A stretch of 64,000 nt of DNA from a virus. The DNA lies in IMG/VR virus record IMGVR_UViG_3300020159_001918, positions 8,201-72,200 of that record; one strand, written 5' to 3'. The translations under genes and the position numbers were made by a program. Positions 21,458 to 33,204 of this stretch are shown here, one piece after another. The stretch's first letter is position 1, and the number at the start of each line of letters is the position of its first letter. A model generated the notes under the pieces. It saw nothing but the letters and a program-made list of their open reading frames with translations. It was not told the origin of the DNA and did not search any database.

Positions 21458-22675
21458 ATGTCTGAACAAACTTACTCTGTTATAAGAAAGCAGATAGTAA
21501 AAGCAAAAAACATGACCCATGCAAGAATGGTATCAGAAGGGTATGATAACTTTCCTGGCGAAGTACTACATGATGATTGTGAAATAATAGAAACTGGAAT
21601 AACAGAAGTGTGGAACGAAGAAGAGCAAGACGCTCAAATCTTCTTAGATAGTCATGAAGCCACAGCCGCTGATCAATCTATCTTTTTAAGATCCGAGAAC
21701 AGACGTTTGGCTAAAATAGCTGAAAAGAATAAGAACGTAAAAGACGAAACAGTTTATGCAGTGTATCAAGCTGCATTTGATGCCTTTTCATCTATAGAAA
21801 CTGCTCCCATTAAGGGCCCAACACTTAAGGTGTTACCAGGGGTTCCTGAAACGGCAGTAGCGGTATTTGCGGATTGGCAATTGGGTAAGATAACTCCTGA
21901 TTATAACTCTGAAGTTTTGGCAGAAAGAATAGAAGTTTATACTCAGAAACTACTAGAAATAACGGAAATACAAAGGAAGCATCATCCTGTTAAGAATCTT
22001 CACGTATGGCTATTGGGTGACATCGTAGAGGGTGAAGAAATATTCCCAGGACAAGCTCACCTTATAGATTCTGGACTCTATAGACAAGTAGGCGTTAACG
22101 GTCCAGCAATTCTGAGCAAGTTCTTTGACACTGTATTGCAACACTTTGAGCACGTACATGTTACTGGCGTGATAGGAAATCACGGCGCAGTAGGCGGACG
22201 TGGTAGAAAGATGCATGATCCAGAAACAAATATGGACAGACTGCTTTACAAGTCGATGGAATTCTTTTACAAAGAAGGAAGACAAGAGCCAAGAATAACT
22301 TTTAATATTCCAGACGGAAAAGGCGAAAGACACTGGTATGCTGTAGACACTATAGGTAACTACAGTTCCTTGCTAATTCATGGTGATCAAATGCCTGCAC
22401 CAGGACAATATCACGGCTACTATAAGAGGGCAATGGGGTGGAAAGATGGCGCAATCCCAGAGCACTTTGAAGATATATTTATGGGCCACTATCATCAGCA
22501 ATTTAAAATGACCATAGGTAGCTCAATGCTCAGGGTCTCAGGTTCACCAGAAAGCTACAACACCTATGCTCAAGAGTATTTTTCCTCAATGAGCAGACCG
22601 TGTCAGCATTTGATGTTCGTTCACCCTGAGAATGGAGTTACTTGCGAATACAGCATTTGGCTAGATGCGGTTTAG
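21458..22675 (+). CDS. Calcineurin-like metallophosphoesterase (Mre11/SbcD-type fold)
   Basis: The ordered motifs are LLGDIVEG (GDxxD/E), GVIGNHG (GNH), LLIHGDQ and FMGHYHQ (GHxH). Confidence 0.55.
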   Translation: MSEQTYSVIRKQIVKAKNMTHARMVSEGYDNFPGEVLHDDCEIIETGITEVWNEEEQDAQIFLDSHEATAADQSIFLRSENRRLAKIAEKNKNVKDETVYAVYQAAFDAFSSIETAPIKGPTLKVLPGVPETAVAVFADWQLGKITPDYNSEVLAERIEVYTQKLLEITEIQRKHHPVKNLHVWLLGDIVEGEEIFPGQAHLIDSGLYRQVGVNGPAILSKFFDTVLQHFEHVHVTGVIGNHGAVGGRGRKMHDPETNMDRLLYKSMEFFYKEGRQEPRITFNIPDGKGERHWYAVDTIGNYSSLLIHGDQMPAPGQYHGYYKRAMGWKDGAIPEHFEDIFMGHYHQQFKMTIGSSMLRVSGSPESYNTYAQEYFSSMSRPCQHLMFVHPENGVTCEYSIWLDAV

Positions 22676-22686
22676 GAATTTAATAA

Positions 22687-25600
22687 ATGAAAACCTATTT
22701 GTTAAACTTTAACACTGGAGACTTCACTAAGAGTAATAATTTGTGGACCTCCAGTGTAATTGACCTTTATTCAAATAAGTTTTATAAAAACTTTTCATAC
22801 ACTAGGTCAGCAACTGGTTTAAATTCACTAGGTGATTACACTTATACTGGAACTAGCATAATACAAGGCGCCACTCCAACCATAGAAGGTGCGTATGCAG
22901 TTACTGACGCAGGAGAACTATATCTCGATCCTGGCGTAAGTCCCCATCTAATCTTTAATTCAAACTCAGTCAGCGGTGACAGCCTTGTTTTTGATGCAGA
23001 CAACAGTTCAACACCAATTTTTACAGCTGATTCAGAAGAAGATTATCTTTATAGATTTATAGATACAACATCCCGTATTGACATAAGAACTTTTAAAGGA
23101 GCTTTTTCTAGTTCTTTAAACAGTATTGAATCAATTACTTTTGATTTAAATATATACGAATCAGATAGTCAAAATCGGACCATGGCTACTAGCAGTAACT
23201 ACCACTTCTAACGCTTTAGGATCAATACTTCTATCAAAAGACGTAAAGCGATATGCAAAATTTGAAGTAGTAGTAAATACAGAATTAGAAGTATTAACAT
23301 CTTTAAGTTTTCTTCTTATAATAGAAGTAGCTATATCGGAACCCTCTAACCCAGTAATTTCACGTTCAACAAAAAATGTACTAGGCAGATTTCCTTCATG
23401 GATGCACCTATATGAGGACTCAATAGATCAGGCTACCCCCAGTTTATATGTACCAAAGTCAACGGCTGGCAAATTTTTAAATGCAGTTGTTGGTGAAGAC
23501 TTAGATGATTTTGACAGAGAAATAGATATATTTAGAATCAACTCTTTCATAGAAAGAGCTGACGTTAATCAATTAGCCTGGTTGTATTCTTCTACAAATA
23601 TAACAAATGTTTTTAATAAAGTATTATCTAATGGAGTTTTGGAACTTGCAAGAATTGATAATCTTGTTGATTTCTATAAATCAAAAGCATCTGATGATGT
23701 TTTCTATCACAACCCTTTAAATAGGGAAATTTTAACAATAAAATTATATGGAGATCTCTCAATAAAGAGTGAAAATACTGGAGTCGTAACTCCCTTAACT
23801 CAAACACCAATATTAAGATACAACTGGTTTGACGAAATGGGTGCAAGAGTTGGCCTATTTAGAATGCATCTTGAATCGAACGTTTCCTATAAGGAAAGGA
23901 TTTTAGATGTATTTAAAAATCCAAATGGCGCCGATATAGAATCATTTAAAAAAGTTCTTAGAAGAGAGTTGAATCTTTGGAAAGCTTTTGGCGCCACTCC
24001 GTCTTCTAGCTATCCAGGTGCAACACCTGAAATTTTAGAAATATCAGATATAGAATATTCAACTCCATATTTTACCGCAGATGGTAATCCAACTGATCTA
24101 TTTAAAAAATTAGTAGATGATTTAAATGTAAGATACCCTACAAATTGGGGATACTTTAGATTTGGAGATAGCATTTGGGACTACGCTGGAGAGGATAATG
24201 AAGGTGTTAATAGAATCCGCTCTAGATACTATGATGAAGAAATTGCAATACCATATTATCAACCAGGAGTTGGAGACTTAAATGACGCTGGATTATTTGT
24301 CACTAACTATGATGCAACTCCTCAGTTTTTTGAAACTTCAATAGTTGCCAAGGGCAAAAAAAATGTTAGCACTTCTTTAAAGTATGAACCAGTAAAACTT
24401 CAGTATGAGTATTATGGTTCCTATGAAATTACCGAATACAATAATCCAGCAGCTACTGTAAATTTAACTCTTGAATTCAGCGCTACCCCGCACGGATCAT
24501 ACGCAACGCCAACAACATTTTTTGCGCCGCTCACATTCTATCCAAAGAATAATTTTGGTCCAACTCACTCAGCTTACCCGGAATATAATTCTATAGAAAT
24601 ATTTGATACAGAAGGATATGTTTCATCAAAATATTCACTAAAAGAAAAACAAACATTATCTGGATATAAAGATACAAAAAGTTCGATTAACACATCTAGA
24701 TTAGAAGTATCTGAGATATTAAATATTGTTCTTAAAAATGGATTATGGAATGGCTCAACTTATGCAACACCAAATTCCAACAACTTTGAAGCAAAGTTTT
24801 CTCACAGAACTGCGAATCTGACAAGTAGTGAAACGCTGTTATCAGCAACACCAAACTTTGCTCAGAGTACGCAACTGCAACTTCTTTCAAAACTATACAA
24901 TCCAGTTCAGGTAACTAAATATACAACTCCGCAAGAGTCTGAAATTATCATTAATAATGTTGCTACGCCACCAAGTGGTTATTCAATTGATCATAATAGA
25001 ATTGTCTCCAATATAATTATGCCAGTAGGAGCAACGCCAAGGCAGATATTTATTAATAACTTGAAACCAACAAGCGTAGACGTAGATTACCTTGATGACA
25101 ATTCAGCTTTTTCCGGCTATGGTGGTGTTTCTTATTATTTAGAAACTGATAGAGAAGTATTCATTCCATCTTCGCCCAACTTAAGCATAAGATTTAATAG
25201 TTCAAATCTTGCAACACCTAGCTCGAATGCTAAAATTGGAACGACTACAGTAAACGGATCTGCCGCAACCGCATCATATTACTTTACTCAACTTAACTAT
25301 CCATATACCAGTACTCCAAACTCACTCACCGTATCGACTCAGGATGGCTCAATTTATCCATTTGAAATAGTCAATTGGGATCCTTTTGAATTAACACATG
25401 CTTCTCCTATCTCTGGATACGTTGATGAATATGGGATAATCAGTTATAACTCTTTAAATGGTGAATATGTTCCAGGAAAAAATACCAATTATATCCCACT
25501 GCCAGAATTAACAAGAGAAGGTTTTGGTCTATCTGGTTCTGAAAAATTTAAATACTTTTTTGAGACAATTGAAGTTTTAGATCCTCAATCTGTAAATGTA

Positions 25601-27466
25601 TCAGTTTGGTCAGAGCAAAAAATAGTTAATCCATTTCTAAATAGAACCTATGTGTTGAATGCGAATAGCATATCTAGCATCTACGCAGATACTGATTACA
25701 CAACAAAGAGTTTAAGATATCCAGATAATTCCGTCTCTGAGTCATATGACCTACAGAGAAATACTACGGTATTTGATAACTTTATAGTTAGAGGAAAATT
25801 ATACGACGCAAGATTAGATGCCAGAATCAATACTGGTTGGATTCATCTAGACAATGATGAGTATTACGTCTATGCTAAACCAGTAACTGAAGTAGAAACT
25901 GGAGTATTAAAAGAGATAACACTAGGCAATACTCCTAGGCAGGGTGCTCCAGTCGTAGTAAATGTCTCTTTGCTTGGTTCAGCAACTCCTGAAATTTATA
26001 CTGAGGTGGGATTCCCCGATGAGGCTTCTCCAAGGCATTTTGGATTCTATAATACAGAAGTACTGCAGCCTAGGTTTGATAATAGTTTCTATCTTGGCTA
26101 TAAAAATGTTTATAATCTTTCTATTACAGATGGTTATACTGGAGAGCTTCTATTAAGTAATCTTTCAACCAATAATTCATCTATTAAGTTAGATAAATCT
26201 ACATATAAATTTAAAAAAGACAGAGATTATTATATAAAATATAAAGTTGTTAATTCATATTATATAGATAATATCCTTAATGATTCTTCATATTATTCAA
26301 GGGTAGTATTTGACGCTACTCCTAATGCTACGATGAACTATGAAATCATATACGAATCTTCAATATACGAAGACTCAACTCCTGTTGATTTAAATTTTGG
26401 ACAAACAAGCTCACTCCTAGACAAAGGTTACGTAATTGCATCAAATGCAACGTACGACTTTGACAGAATAAAGGTGGTTGTTTCGCCAGGTTATATTCTA
26501 GATGATGGAAATGACTATATAACTATAAGCATAATTTCTTTAGATACTGAGGGAAACCCAAAACCATATCAAAGCTTTAGTCTTTCTTCTCAGCTGCATC
26601 AACTTGCTTTTGATAGCAGTATAATAACCACAGATGATGAAGGGTTTGCTTCTACGAATGCAGTTTACCAGAGTGGAAATATCGTTGAGAATAAGAATGT
26701 TAAAATTCTAATTAGCGGAGTGACATATCCAGCCAATCCATTAGCACACCCTGATAGTGAAACTAATGGATCTGTCTACACTGAGTTTATTCCAGTATAT
26801 TCTTCAAGGTCCGAAGATGCAGCATTGTTAGCCTCGGCAAACCCAAGTATTATTAACGCCGATGGAGTGTCATCGACAACTATATCTGGAATATTAACAG
26901 CCGACAATGCACCAAGTGAAAATAATGTAATTTACTGGAGAAAATCTAGATATCTATATTCAGCTTTGAATGATGTATCATATAGTAAATCAACGTTAAC
27001 GCCAGATAAGAATACTACTTCAGGCATTGTTTATACTGACAATAATGGAAAATTTGAAATAGGTCCAATTCCTTCACAAGAAAGAGCTACTCCTGGATAT
27101 TGGTTTATGGCTATCGATTCTGAGTTAGGCTCAACTCCATCTTCGACCCCAAATACATCAGTTGGCGATGTTCTATTCTGGTACGAATCTTACGATAATG
27201 TAGACATCAATTTTGTGCCTGGATTAAAGATACCTGATATAATTAACTATGATATTAGTAAATCATTGAATATATATTCCACTCCAACGTTTAGAATTAG
27301 TTACTATAATGAAAACATAGTAGATAATACTGGATCAACGCCTAGATGGACGCCGCCACAATGGCTGCCAATTTCGAGATACGACCAGTACCAAGCTGGA
27401 TATTTTGGTGCAACCCCATATGTTATTTCAGATTACTCTAACTTAATAAAGGATTATGAGGATTAA
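22687..27466 (+). CDS. Large tail-fibre/baseplate-distal protein (~1592 aa) requiring a +1 shift at CGG 23176. Rich in [A/S]-T-P motifs.
   Basis: Track ORFs 22687..23211 and 23402..27466 are in successive +1 frames. The +1 frame is open from ~23150 and reads ...GPWLLAVTTTSNALGSILLSKDVKRYAKFEVVV...SWMHLYEDS. The ATP/STP motif occurs on both sides of the junction. Confidence 0.65.
23176..23179 (+). other. CGG +1 recoding site 5 (AAT CGG ACC -> AAT [C] GGA CCA)
   Basis: In-frame CGG (22687+489). The 0-frame TAA comes 11 codons later. The +1 frame is open for 1429 codons. Confidence 0.7.
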
Positions 27467-27468
27467 TT

Positions 27469-30400
27469 GTGGATAAGTTTAATTTAAATATTGACAACAG
27501 CAGTCAAAAAAAGATAAGAAAAGTAAATAATTTACCACTAGATGATTCCTCAACTGCTTTAGCTTGGTTTAATTCAAAGCCAGTAACTCCAGCAAATAAC
27601 ATTTCAGTAACAGATCTATCCAATTTTATATCAGAGAATTCGTACTCCTCAAACATCAATGCTTCAAATAAATCTGCAAAGAATAAAATAGTTTTTGCTA
27701 ATGAACTAGGAATACTAGAAGACTCAGATGGCTATACGGTGTTCGATTCAGATGACATTAGCGTAAGCGATGTATTTCTAAACACACGTGCATTGGATAA
27801 GAAGTATTACACTGAAGATCTTAATAAAAACGGATTTGTTCATTCGTTTTATGTTTCTAGATACTATACTCTCCTGCCAAGAAGTTCTTATGCATATGAT
27901 GGACTTGATGATTTTTTGTCAGAGTCCAGTGTTCCGAAGTCAATTAAAGTTATTGACAAAAATGGTTTTGAGTATGTAGATCAATCTACTGGTTTAAAAA
28001 AATATAGAATACTAATTGAACAATTAGATTTACCAATCTATTCAAATAGATCAAATATTCCTTCTAAGATAATAGCTTTATTTGATAGTCCATCTCCAGT
28101 AGACTTATCATTAGTTTACGACAAGGTTACGCTATCTTCAACTGAGTCAATATCTTCAACGATTCCTCAATATAAAGAAAACATTAATACTGTTAGTATT
28201 TTTAATAGAATTGGAGAGGAATCAATTGTTGTAGATAACTCTTCAAGGTCAAAAAAAATATATAGTAAAAAATCTATTACATCAAAAAATAATTTAATTA
28301 ATAGCACGAATGCTAGAGCAGAAGGTTTTGAAGTATTTGTTCCTAAAAAAGCTTTGTCAGATAATAGAACCTATGAATCTTTTAACTGGAGATTAATAAC
28401 TAAAGTTAAAAGATCCGTTGATGTTTCATCTATAAATTATGGTGAAGAAATAGATAAAGAAAGTTCTATAAAACAAAAAGTAATTAATTGTGCTGTGCTA
28501 TCAACATCAGCACAGATATCTGGCATGGAGCAATCTAATGATTTTGGCGCAGCAAACCCTTACGCTTTTTTGAGACTAGAGCAGTCTCCGTTTAATGTAT
28601 CTAAGTATAAATATACAAATCCGTTATCGGAAAAGAGTAATCAATACGGAAAAAATCAAGCATCGTATTGGTTATTAAATTTAGATAAAGTTACTGATGA
28701 TGAACTTTCTCTATACGACATAGTCACCTGGACTCCTAGTTCTCCAATAACTATAGAACAAGGTCTAAAGCTAAAGAAGTATCTAGAGCAGACTCAGGGA
28801 ACACTGGTATTAGATTTATCAAAACTTTCCGTCATCACAACACAGGCAATCGATTATACTGGCGCACAGGCAATAGATCCAGCTTTATCAGTTAGCGCCC
28901 AGGAATATCCGCTAGATACATGGACTTATAATCAGGAAAATATTTTTCTTAATGAAAATAAAACTAATGCTTGGCCAATTAACCCAGGTATTTTTGAAAG
29001 ATTAACCGTAGACAATGTTAACTACGATGTATATTCAATATTTGGAAGAAGCAATCTTTCTAATCTTACAACTAAAAAAACAGTAAAAGAATTTACTGGA
29101 AATATTGCAGCCAATAATGTTGTATTAAGCAATTCTAGAAGCAAGCCAGTATTCGTTAGTTTAGAGTTCACACCTTCAACTGATTCACTATCTAAAGGCA
29201 CGCTACTGGCCACAACCACACCAATGCTTAAATACTGCAATGACATATACCAACCATCTTCCATCTTTGATATAGCAACAAGTAACAATGGTCCAACTAG
29301 CATAACTCAAGCTACGTTTACTGCTGTAGCAGCAATAGAAGGTCCAATGAAAATACTATACAATGCATGTTCGGTTGCATTGTTAAATAGAATATTTTCA
29401 ACTAAGGTTAAAGATTTAAGATCGTCAATGTACTATCAGGTTTCAAATTGGCAATCTTCATATGTGTTAAATGGAAACGTTTTATTGGAAGACGAGAAAA
29501 AAGAAGTATATTCTCTTATTAAAGTAGACAATCAAAATGCTGTTGGAACCTCAAAGTATGCAAGGAATTTAATTCCAAGTAATTCTTCAGTATTAGAATT
29601 TTACAAAAAATCTATTTATGACTTTTTAGCTGATCAACACAGTATCTCTTTACAAGAAATTGATTCTAGCAATTTAGAATTTTTTATAGAAGTAACAAAC
29701 AACGACGTAGAAATTGCAAATGCTACTCCGATAAAAGGTGGAGATCGTATTTACGCAGCCGTTGTACAAAGTGGTACAGAGATACCAACTTCTTATAATC
29801 TATTTAAGATAAACAACGATAGCATTACTGGGGCGGTTTATGCTTACACTGATTCTCCATCAGCTCAATTTACTATACCTGGTGGATTTGGTCCTTATGT
29901 CATAAGGGAGAGACTATATAGATCATCGACTAAAGAAATAAACGATGGACTTTCCAGTTCAATATCTTCATCTAATAGTTATAAAAATTATACGTTTAAT
30001 TTTTCTATCTTCAATTCTTACAATCAATCAAGTGAGTCAACGTTAAGCTTTAGTGCAAATTGGTCAGCAGTTTTAACTGCAGAATACACGGCAACGCTAT
30101 CAAGACAAGCAAGATATGAAGATGTCTATCCACCTGGTTCTAAGTTGCTAAGAGATGACGTTGCTGTTACTTCTACCTATGAAACTGGCGCAGCATTTTC
30201 GGGTGCTGATAGAATTGATTCTTATCCAGAGTTTCAAAAAGGAATAAATAGTAGAGATCCAGTTAATAACTTTTTATACACCGGAGATATACAACAGGGT
30301 AATATCATCGGAGCATACGGTCCGGGTAAACCAGGCATGCTTCCTGAATATATTAAGTATATACAAATAAGTATGAGGGAAGCTGGAATATTAGTTGCTG

Positions 30401-33204
30401 GAAAATTGCCTGAATTAAGTGGAAAATATGAAACAAATACACTTAATGCAGTGAAAGCTTTTCAGATATCAATTAATGCTAGGTTCGAAAACGGAACAGT
30501 TGATAGCGAAACTAAGTCATTAATAGCAATTCACGTTTGGAAATCCATAAAAAACTCTGATCCAACTCGCTATAATTCAATAATAGCTAGGTTACAGGTG
30601 AATAATCCAACAGTCGTTAAGTATGTTGTAGCAGCCGCAGATGCGATAGAATTACATGATCTTCCTAATAGAGATTGGAATTATAGAAAGATAACTTTTA
30701 CTGGACAGTCTGGTCCTAAAAAATTAATAGATTCAATATTTTTAGCAGTTCCATTTAATCAAATTCCATTTGATGGAATAATACAACAAGATTTAAAAAA
30801 TCAAGTTCTTAAATCGGTAACGATAACTCCTGGAACATTTGCTGGTGCACCAGACTATAAGGGAATAGCTCTTAAGCAGGCAGTAGTTTATTCTGGAGTA
30901 GGCTTGGCTGGTCCACAAGTAATTAAAGGCGCTGCAGACTATACGGCAAGTCCATTCAAGATTGAAGTTAACAAGCCAATGGCAGAGTGTATGTTCTTCG
31001 CTTTCCAATTCAATGGTGGTCCGCTGGGAGGAAAACATGGCTCATTTGCTGAAGGATATTCTTTAAGCAAAGTTGAATTTGAAATTTCTTATACACTAGA
31101 TAAATTTAATGCTGAAACAATAGTTGAAAGTGGATATAGATTAGATACGACTACAGCTCCAGTAGAAATAAAGTTTAATATAGCTGGATCAGTTACTGGT
31201 ATATCTCCAAACAAAGCTGAGATTATAGATCTAAATGGTGTTAAGTCCACTAAGTATGCAACAACTCCAGTATCTATAACATATCCTACATGGTCTGGAG
31301 AAAAAACTTTAAACTTATCGAATACTACAATTAATTTTAGTAGCACTTCATATAGTCCGCCATTTACACCTTACTCTGATTCTAATTTAGAGCCTCAGTA
31401 CAAGGATGAATCTATATCAATAAACTTAACGCAGACAAAAACAGTTTCAATAAACTCAAATACTTTTGCTGTAGCTAATGTTATCTCCGCAACTGGAAAC
31501 CCAGTAAACAGTTCAGATTTAAATCTAAGTATTTCTTCTAATAGATTAGTTTTTGAAACCTCATCTCTTATATACGAAAACTCAAACATAATCAAAAGCG
31601 CTGAGAAACTTTTAACCAATTACTGGTTAATGAAAACAGATGGTTCAATAATAAAGTCAGCAAAAAAAGCAATTTCTGTTTTAGATGGTTTGGTTCTTTT
31701 AACTCAACCAAGTTTAGACCCAGATAAAGTTGGCAAACCATATGGCATAGAACTTCAATCTTTTGTAAATACTCTTTCTACTGATCGAGAATTTAATACA
31801 GATTATGGATCTTTTATATTAACAAATAACGCTAGAGATGATGGTGGTTTCCTTTATGGGTTCTATGATAATAAGAAAAAAGAATTTTTAGGAACGAATC
31901 TTTATTATGTAGACTATATTTCAAGAGGTCCAGAAAATGTATACATTGCTGCACTTGCAGTAGATGCAGATGGAAATCTTGGAAATGGATTAGACTTCTT
32001 TGGACCAAAGACTTCTGGCAAAATAATACCTTCTTCCATACCAGTAAAGATGGCATGCCCTATATACAATGTTGAATATGTTCCATCATCAAGAATAGGA
32101 ATATCATCGATCCCACCAAATCTCTCAAAGTTTCAACAATGGCCGTTGTATATAACATCTGGATCTTTCACAAAAGATATATACATAAACCCAGCTTATG
32201 GTTGGACTTCTTGGGCTGAAAAGTACACAGGGAAAGTACTAAGAGCTACATATTCAACTTTAAATATGGGTAACGTAATCTGGTCTCAGATCGCTGGTAA
32301 ACCATATATTACTGTAATTAATGAAACACCAATAGTTTTATCATCTAAGAGATATCAATTAATGCAAGTTCCTATAGCAACTTTCATGGAACCTTCACAA
32401 ATGGAATGTGGTTCAGTTGTTAACTGGGTTGATTTTGAAACAAGAGAATCAGTTGACTCACCATGGACGGCAGTAGATTCAAATCTTATAAGAAATATTA
32501 ATTCCCAGACTGGAATAGTAGATTTCATTACACCGATAACTAGTGATCCAGATCTAATAAGGGTGAACTACACCGCTAAATCAAATGGTATTCCGCTCAA
32601 ACAAATTAACGGCAGAGTTATTCCATTGAATCCATTTCTCAATAAAAACACAGTAGAAACAGAAAAGCCTCTACATATTTATATTAAACCTATAAGAATA
32701 GAAGTTAGAAGCTCTAGTCAAGATGGTTATGTTTGGGATTATGTTAGCGACTATTCATATGATTCTCCAATAGATTTTACTTATAATACTTCTATTTTTG
32801 ATCCATATAATAGCGTTAACTACGATCCATTTTCTCTTCAAATAGGACTGGTTCACGTATTAAATTCTGTGGATATTAAAGATTTAGCTATTGAAGATTT
32901 AAGATTAAAGGGCGGAGGATTAAAGGCTACTATGGGTAAGACTATAGATGTGCAATCTTATGGATCGCTCGATATAAATAAGGTTTTCAAAGAAGTCAAA
33001 GAAGCGTCTTCATTCTGGGATGTTTATCCACCAGATCAACAAGCATATTCTAAAGGCGGATTTATTATAATAAAACTGCCGAAAGAAGTATTGGATAATT
33101 TTACTAGTGAAGCAGAGTTGTATAGTATAATAAGTAAGAACATAACCGCTGGTGTAGCATATAAGATTCAAGATATGGAAGGAAATGATTGGGGTGTATT
33201 ATAA
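27469..33204 (+). CDS. Large virion structural protein, 1911 aa
   Basis: GTG start 6 nt after GAGGA. Uninterrupted ORF within the structural block. No family recognised. No in-frame CGG. Confidence 0.8.
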   Translation: MDKFNLNIDNSSQKKIRKVNNLPLDDSSTALAWFNSKPVTPANNISVTDLSNFISENSYSSNINASNKSAKNKIVFANELGILEDSDGYTVFDSDDISVSDVFLNTRALDKKYYTEDLNKNGFVHSFYVSRYYTLLPRSSYAYDGLDDFLSESSVPKSIKVIDKNGFEYVDQSTGLKKYRILIEQLDLPIYSNRSNIPSKIIALFDSPSPVDLSLVYDKVTLSSTESISSTIPQYKENINTVSIFNRIGEESIVVDNSSRSKKIYSKKSITSKNNLINSTNARAEGFEVFVPKKALSDNRTYESFNWRLITKVKRSVDVSSINYGEEIDKESSIKQKVINCAVLSTSAQISGMEQSNDFGAANPYAFLRLEQSPFNVSKYKYTNPLSEKSNQYGKNQASYWLLNLDKVTDDELSLYDIVTWTPSSPITIEQGLKLKKYLEQTQGTLVLDLSKLSVITTQAIDYTGAQAIDPALSVSAQEYPLDTWTYNQENIFLNENKTNAWPINPGIFERLTVDNVNYDVYSIFGRSNLSNLTTKKTVKEFTGNIAANNVVLSNSRSKPVFVSLEFTPSTDSLSKGTLLATTTPMLKYCNDIYQPSSIFDIATSNNGPTSITQATFTAVAAIEGPMKILYNACSVALLNRIFSTKVKDLRSSMYYQVSNWQSSYVLNGNVLLEDEKKEVYSLIKVDNQNAVGTSKYARNLIPSNSSVLEFYKKSIYDFLADQHSISLQEIDSSNLEFFIEVTNNDVEIANATPIKGGDRIYAAVVQSGTEIPTSYNLFKINNDSITGAVYAYTDSPSAQFTIPGGFGPYVIRERLYRSSTKEINDGLSSSISSSNSYKNYTFNFSIFNSYNQSSESTLSFSANWSAVLTAEYTATLSRQARYEDVYPPGSKLLRDDVAVTSTYETGAAFSGADRIDSYPEFQKGINSRDPVNNFLYTGDIQQGNIIGAYGPGKPGMLPEYIKYIQISMREAGILVAGKLPELSGKYETNTLNAVKAFQISINARFENGTVDSETKSLIAIHVWKSIKNSDPTRYNSIIARLQVNNPTVVKYVVAAADAIELHDLPNRDWNYRKITFTGQSGPKKLIDSIFLAVPFNQIPFDGIIQQDLKNQVLKSVTITPGTFAGAPDYKGIALKQAVVYSGVGLAGPQVIKGAADYTASPFKIEVNKPMAECMFFAFQFNGGPLGGKHGSFAEGYSLSKVEFEISYTLDKFNAETIVESGYRLDTTTAPVEIKFNIAGSVTGISPNKAEIIDLNGVKSTKYATTPVSITYPTWSGEKTLNLSNTTINFSSTSYSPPFTPYSDSNLEPQYKDESISINLTQTKTVSINSNTFAVANVISATGNPVNSSDLNLSISSNRLVFETSSLIYENSNIIKSAEKLLTNYWLMKTDGSIIKSAKKAISVLDGLVLLTQPSLDPDKVGKPYGIELQSFVNTLSTDREFNTDYGSFILTNNARDDGGFLYGFYDNKKKEFLGTNLYYVDYISRGPENVYIAALAVDADGNLGNGLDFFGPKTSGKIIPSSIPVKMACPIYNVEYVPSSRIGISSIPPNLSKFQQWPLYITSGSFTKDIYINPAYGWTSWAEKYTGKVLRATYSTLNMGNVIWSQIAGKPYITVINETPIVLSSKRYQLMQVPIATFMEPSQMECGSVVNWVDFETRESVDSPWTAVDSNLIRNINSQTGIVDFITPITSDPDLIRVNYTAKSNGIPLKQINGRVIPLNPFLNKNTVETEKPLHIYIKPIRIEVRSSSQDGYVWDYVSDYSYDSPIDFTYNTSIFDPYNSVNYDPFSLQIGLVHVLNSVDIKDLAIEDLRLKGGGLKATMGKTIDVQSYGSLDINKVFKEVKEASSFWDVYPPDQQAYSKGGFIIIKLPKEVLDNFTSEAELYSIISKNITAGVAYKIQDMEGNDWGVL

